Shown here: in pieces, positions 60,501 to 64,000 of the stretch
Layout: each line of letters begins with the position of its first letter
Position numbering within the stretch: the first letter of the stretch is position 1
Source of the DNA: Psammoneis japonica
Taxonomy: Eukaryota
Length of the DNA: 64,000 nt
NCBI GenBank assembly: GCA_008632985.1
Contig: QPGO01000072.1
Coordinates: 186,001 to 250,000 of the forward strand
Direction: 5' to 3'
Made by a program: the position numbers and the translations under genes
Notes under the pieces: generated by a model
Told to the model about the DNA's origin: nothing
The model's database searches: none
The model's input: the letters and a program-made list of their open reading frames with translations, nothing else

Positions 60501-61153
60501 GGACACTCCGACACCTCAAAGCAACTGCTGCTGAAGGTCTCATTCTCAAACCTGCGCAAGATCATCGAGTTGATTGTTACGTCGATTCTGACTTCGCGGG
60601 GTCATTTGGTGTGGAAGATGGTCAAGACCCAGTTTCTGTCAAGTCCAGGACTGGATGCCTTGTCCACTGCGCCGGCTGCCCGCTTGTCTGGGTGTCCAAG
60701 CTGCAGACTCTTGTGGCATTGTCGACTGTGGAAGCGGAACATGTCACACTTTCTCAAGCTGTGCGCGATCTCATCCCCATTCGTGAAGTTCTCAAGGAGC
60801 TCAACCACCACGTGTTCGGAAAGTCTGACCGCCAAAACCCAATCACGACTCACTCCAAGGCTTTTGAGCTTGCAACCCAAGGCACCGATGACTCGCCTGT
60901 AGAGCAGAATGTCCTGCCTGCGTCCGTTGTGTACGAAGATAACTCCGCGTGCCTCAAGTTCGCACGTGTGCCCAAGTTGTCTCCGCGAACCAAACACATC
61001 GGCATCCCACACCACTGGTTTAGGACTAAAGTCGAACAATTGGAGATCGACATCCAACCCATCAGCACTCTAGAGCAACTGGCCGATCAGTTCACGAAGG
61101 GACTACGGACCGATGCGTTCCGCACGGCTAGAAAGGCTCTCATGGGCTGGCAA
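54563..61153 (+). pseudogene. Copia gag-pol polyprotein, inactivated
   Basis: Protease VMDTGA; integrase HARFGH..CEAC, VSVDH, LADSG, NGVAER; RT; RNase H YVDSDFAG, EAEH, YEDN, LADQFTK. One in-frame TGA at 60473-60475, RT motif HVDD at 60065, and the probable original stop now CAA at 61151-61153. Confidence 0.93.
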
Positions 61154-61165
61154 GCTCTCTCGGTT

Positions 61166-61174
61166 GAGAGGGAG
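61166..61174 (+). other. Polypurine tract
   Basis: GAGAGGGAG immediately before the 3' LTR. Confidence 0.8.
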
Positions 61175-61408
61175 AGTCATGACTCAACGTCATTCTGGTC
61201 GCATCTCACGACTGCAACCCAGACTCAGATTTTCTCTTCGAAATGATTGGCTCATCACAAAATCGATTCAAACAGAAGCAACGACATTCGTCATAATTTC
61301 TAGACAACGACTTTCAAAAAGCGTCTGTTTGCCTCTGTCGCTGTTCACATTGCTGCCAACCTCCGAGGTCTCATCCATCCTACTCAGCTGTAGGACTGCA
61401 TCTTGACT
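61175..61408 (+). repeat. 3' LTR
   Basis: Ungapped match to 54167-54400; carries 11 of the 12 apparently derived substitutions. Confidence 0.95.
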
Positions 61409-61413
61409 GCAAG

Positions 61414-62299
61414 TGTTGAAGAAAATCAGTGCGCAGAGGATGGATCGTACGGCAACTCGGCGACCGCACGTGTTTCCAGACATTAGATTTGACCCTTGGA
61501 AGCTGCTTTCGCGTCTCATGGCCCTAATGTTGCTGTTGATGCTGCCACCCCGTCTTTGTGCCTCCTGTCGATGATCACATTCTCGGCGAAGCACTGTGTG
61601 GCAAATGACGGCAAGAGACACAAACTGTGCGGCAAGCGCCAGCAAGGTGGGCACCAGGTTGAAAGCCCATTTGTAGATTTCGTGATCTTCTCCTCGTTGA
61701 CAGTCAACTCTTGGATTTGAAATGCACCCCAGCGGGAAAGAATTGATGGAGCATCTTCCCACCGGTGCGGGGTTGTAAATGTCGAGTCCAAGTCCGGCAA
61801 AAGCCGTTCCCAGCGTAAAGAGCATTGCCGTCACATGAAAGACGGGCTCCATCCTGCGAGAAATAAATTCATCACGCAATCCACCATGCAGGGTCACCGC
61901 GAAGAAGATCATGAGGAAAGCATTGTAGATCGGTTGCGCGTGCCCAAGCTGAAGAAAGAACCCCTGCATGGCACACGTCTGGGTGTTGCCATGTGTTCCT
62001 TCAAACGGCAACCTCGATGGCATGAGCCAAGTCCCCAGAAAAAACATGAGGGAAAAGGGAATGTCCGAAACGCCAATGGCAAACATGAGACGATTCTGAG
62101 TCTTCCTGAGTTTGAATTGTGAAGACTTGAGAATCATGTGCACAATGAGGCAGGATCCAACGAGAGACAGAGCACCAGTGACTCGAGGCATGTTGTGCAG
62201 GGCTCGTCGCTGTGCTTGTGTGAATCTGGGTCCACGAGGTCCGAGAAACTGCGGCGGCCCTCCTGCACCTCTCGGCGGCCCTCCTGTTGTTGCATTCAT
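61414..62299 (-). pseudogene. 5' part of the interrupted 7TM GPCR-like gene, TpA-mutated
   Basis: PRVTGALSLVGSCLIV..NRLMFAIGVSD..GNTQTCAMQGFFLQLG..YNAFL..MEPVFH..CSINSFPLGC..CQRG. Several expected Tyr appear as His/Cys (IVHMI, GTHGN, EDHEI, ICHTV, ILCAL). Confidence 0.8.
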
Positions 62300-63021
62300 G
62301 GTTTGTTCTTCACTTTCAAACCCAGTTGTGTTTTGATGCAGTTTGTCTCTTCATCAGCTGGCAACTTGAAACTGTGTCAACCCTTTGTCCTTTAGATTTT
62401 ATGTTGGGTTAGGGAAACTACAGCTAGACTGGTGTCAGTGTCGGGGGTTGGGGACGTTGGATTTTTGTCCGCGAAGAGAGGAGGAGTTTTACCGCTACAG
62501 TGTATTAGCATGTCTGAAACTACCGTAGAGTAGCGGCTATTATGAAGAGGAAAGTGGGTAAATTATAATTTTTATCTTGAGTAGATGTTATTTATCATCT
62601 ATTTTTTAAAGAATGTCTATTGTACATTTCCCCTACGTACATATTAGTACTGTAATATGATGTATACAAACTTTTTCATTGCACTTTATGTACACTTATG
62701 TTGTAATGTACTGTGATCTATCGTTATTTATGGTAAAAGAGTCTTTATAGATTTGTCTTTTCAATGCGAAATTGTTATACTGTAGAAAGCTACGTGAGAC
62801 AAAGCGACGACATCGAGAGGTAGGTTCACGCAAGAAAACTGTAGAGTTTCCCAGTGCTGCTAGTAGCTACGTAGAGGCCATGATGATGATCAGAATTGTT
62901 CGCGTTAGTCTTGCTTTTGTAATGCTCTCTACTAGTAGTGATATGGATGGATCAAGAATTTGAATTTCGAAGAAATGTACTCTATCATAATGCTGATTCT
63001 ATTCAAAACTGGCGCTAGACG

Positions 63022-64000
63022 TTAAACATCGCTATCATCATCAGATGCGTGGGATGTCACGGCAATGTCTTTTTCACCGGATAAAGTAGTGCCGGAGCGA
63101 GGCTCACGGATGCAGTCTTTTGTACCAATGATAGACAACACGACTGGGAGGAGCATAAGGCCGTGGCTAATACCAAGCAGTACCAGAGCCATGAAGGTCA
63201 GGAAAATCGTACTGAAGATCTCGCTCGTGCTGAATGCAAGTGGAATCACACCAAGAAATGTCGACATGCCCCCAATTAGGATCGAGCTGCCCATTGTCTG
63301 AAGCATATCCTTTGTCTTTTCGAAACGTTCCCCAGGCGCTTCGTAGTACCGAAGCAGTGCGTGCATAATGAAATCAACAAGGAGCCCAATTGCCATGACG
63401 AGGGATATGTAGCTCACTGCGTTGATGTGTACTCCCCAGAATTGAAGCAAGCCTGCGAAATGGAGAAACACGTAGATTGCATTAGTTGGAAAGAGATGGA
63501 CGATACGACGAATCTTGTGTATGTTTCTTCGCTGATGTACTTACCAAGAAGATCAACGTATAGTATGGCTATCATTGGAGCAACAAACAACACTGCTGAC
63601 CAATGCGGAATAAAGAAAAAGCCAAGGGCGCTGACTGCCACCACACCAAGAATAGTGGTAAGAATAAGCTCGTCGGCCGCAACAGAATAAAATTCCCAAA
63701 TATAATACGTCGACTGGAACGTGAAGAAGGGCCAGTCCTTCTTGTCCTTGTTGATGGGTTGAGCTCGAGTTACTTTGCGTTGGTTTTCAAGAGCATTTAT
63801 CTGGTCTTGAACATCTTCTTGATCAACGTTGTCCATGGTGAAATGACAAGATGAAGCGATAATCGATCCATCGTCACCGCGCCAGATATGATCTTCGTAT
63901 AAATCTCTGTAAACCGGGTCTTGCAAAAAGAGGTCGACCTGTTCATTGAATGTCAAGCTGCCGGTAGCATTCTCGGATCCAACAAAGTTGTAAAAGTCAC
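63022..64000 (-). CDS. Patched/NPC1-like sterol-sensing RND-family membrane protein, 3' end (continues beyond the window)
   Basis: YYIWEFY, multi-TM region, LVMAIGLLVDFIMH, MGSSILIGGMSTFLGVIPLAFSTSEIF, HGLMLLPVVLS. GT-AG intron at 63453-63544. Confidence 0.88.

Larger units (their letters stand above)
54167..61408 (+). mobile_element. Full-length Ty1/Copia (CoDi-like) LTR retrotransposon, 7242 bp
   Basis: Two 234-bp LTRs, 5-bp TSD (ATAAG at 54162-54166; GCAAG at 61409-61413), PBS-like and PPT sequences, and gag-PR-IN-RT-RH domain order. Confidence 0.97.

Noticed and set aside
60494..61246. Separate second ORF or programmed readthrough in the Copia element
   Set aside because: It is in frame with the upstream ORF across a single TGA at an Arg/Lys-type position within RT, which fits CGA->TGA decay.
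54167..61408. Explaining the pattern by classical RIP or simple 5mC deamination
   Set aside because: Both produce C->T, and RIP creates TpA. Here TpA is destroyed, conserved Tyr codons and the TSD fix the direction, and CpG is mostly retained in the same DNA.
54167..62400. Explaining the TpA changes as sequencing error
   Set aside because: The changes are context-specific, occur on both strands, are confined to domains and are absent from adjacent genes. Apparent errors elsewhere in the window are indels. A modification-induced basecalling artefact cannot be fully excluded without raw reads.

Overview
Eukaryotic nuclear DNA, most likely from a diatom. The evidence is short GT-AG introns, a DUF6824-type gene, CoDi-like Copia elements and tandem COG3899-like STAND ATPases. 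The window alternates between ordinary gene islands and repeat-rich blocks. The gene islands hold a DUF6824 gene, a giant 7xDOMON-cytochrome b561 gene with two decayed paralogues, a DHX57-like helicase, two STAND ATPases, a beta-roll+RING gene, a Sec14/CRAL-TRIO gene and the end of a Patched/NPC1-like gene. The repeat-rich blocks hold Copia relics, a full-length Copia with LTRs inserted in a 7TM-receptor gene, a CRE-like non-LTR element, MITEs and pseudogenes. The outstanding signal is a RIP-like, repeat-targeted hypermutation with unusual chemistry: TpA is converted to TpG/CpA (A:T to G:C on both strands), with CpG decay as a slower second layer. Between the two 234-bp LTRs of the Copia element, all 12 differences fall at TpA (10 of 13 sites) or CpG (2 of 13 sites). 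The same change hits the target-site duplication, the stop codon and the RT YVDD motif (now HVDD). It extends into the upstream half of the interrupted host gene and stops sharply near the probable transcription start. Near-identical repeats inside an intact gene are untouched. All counts are by eye. The mechanism is inference, and no causative enzyme is visible in this window.
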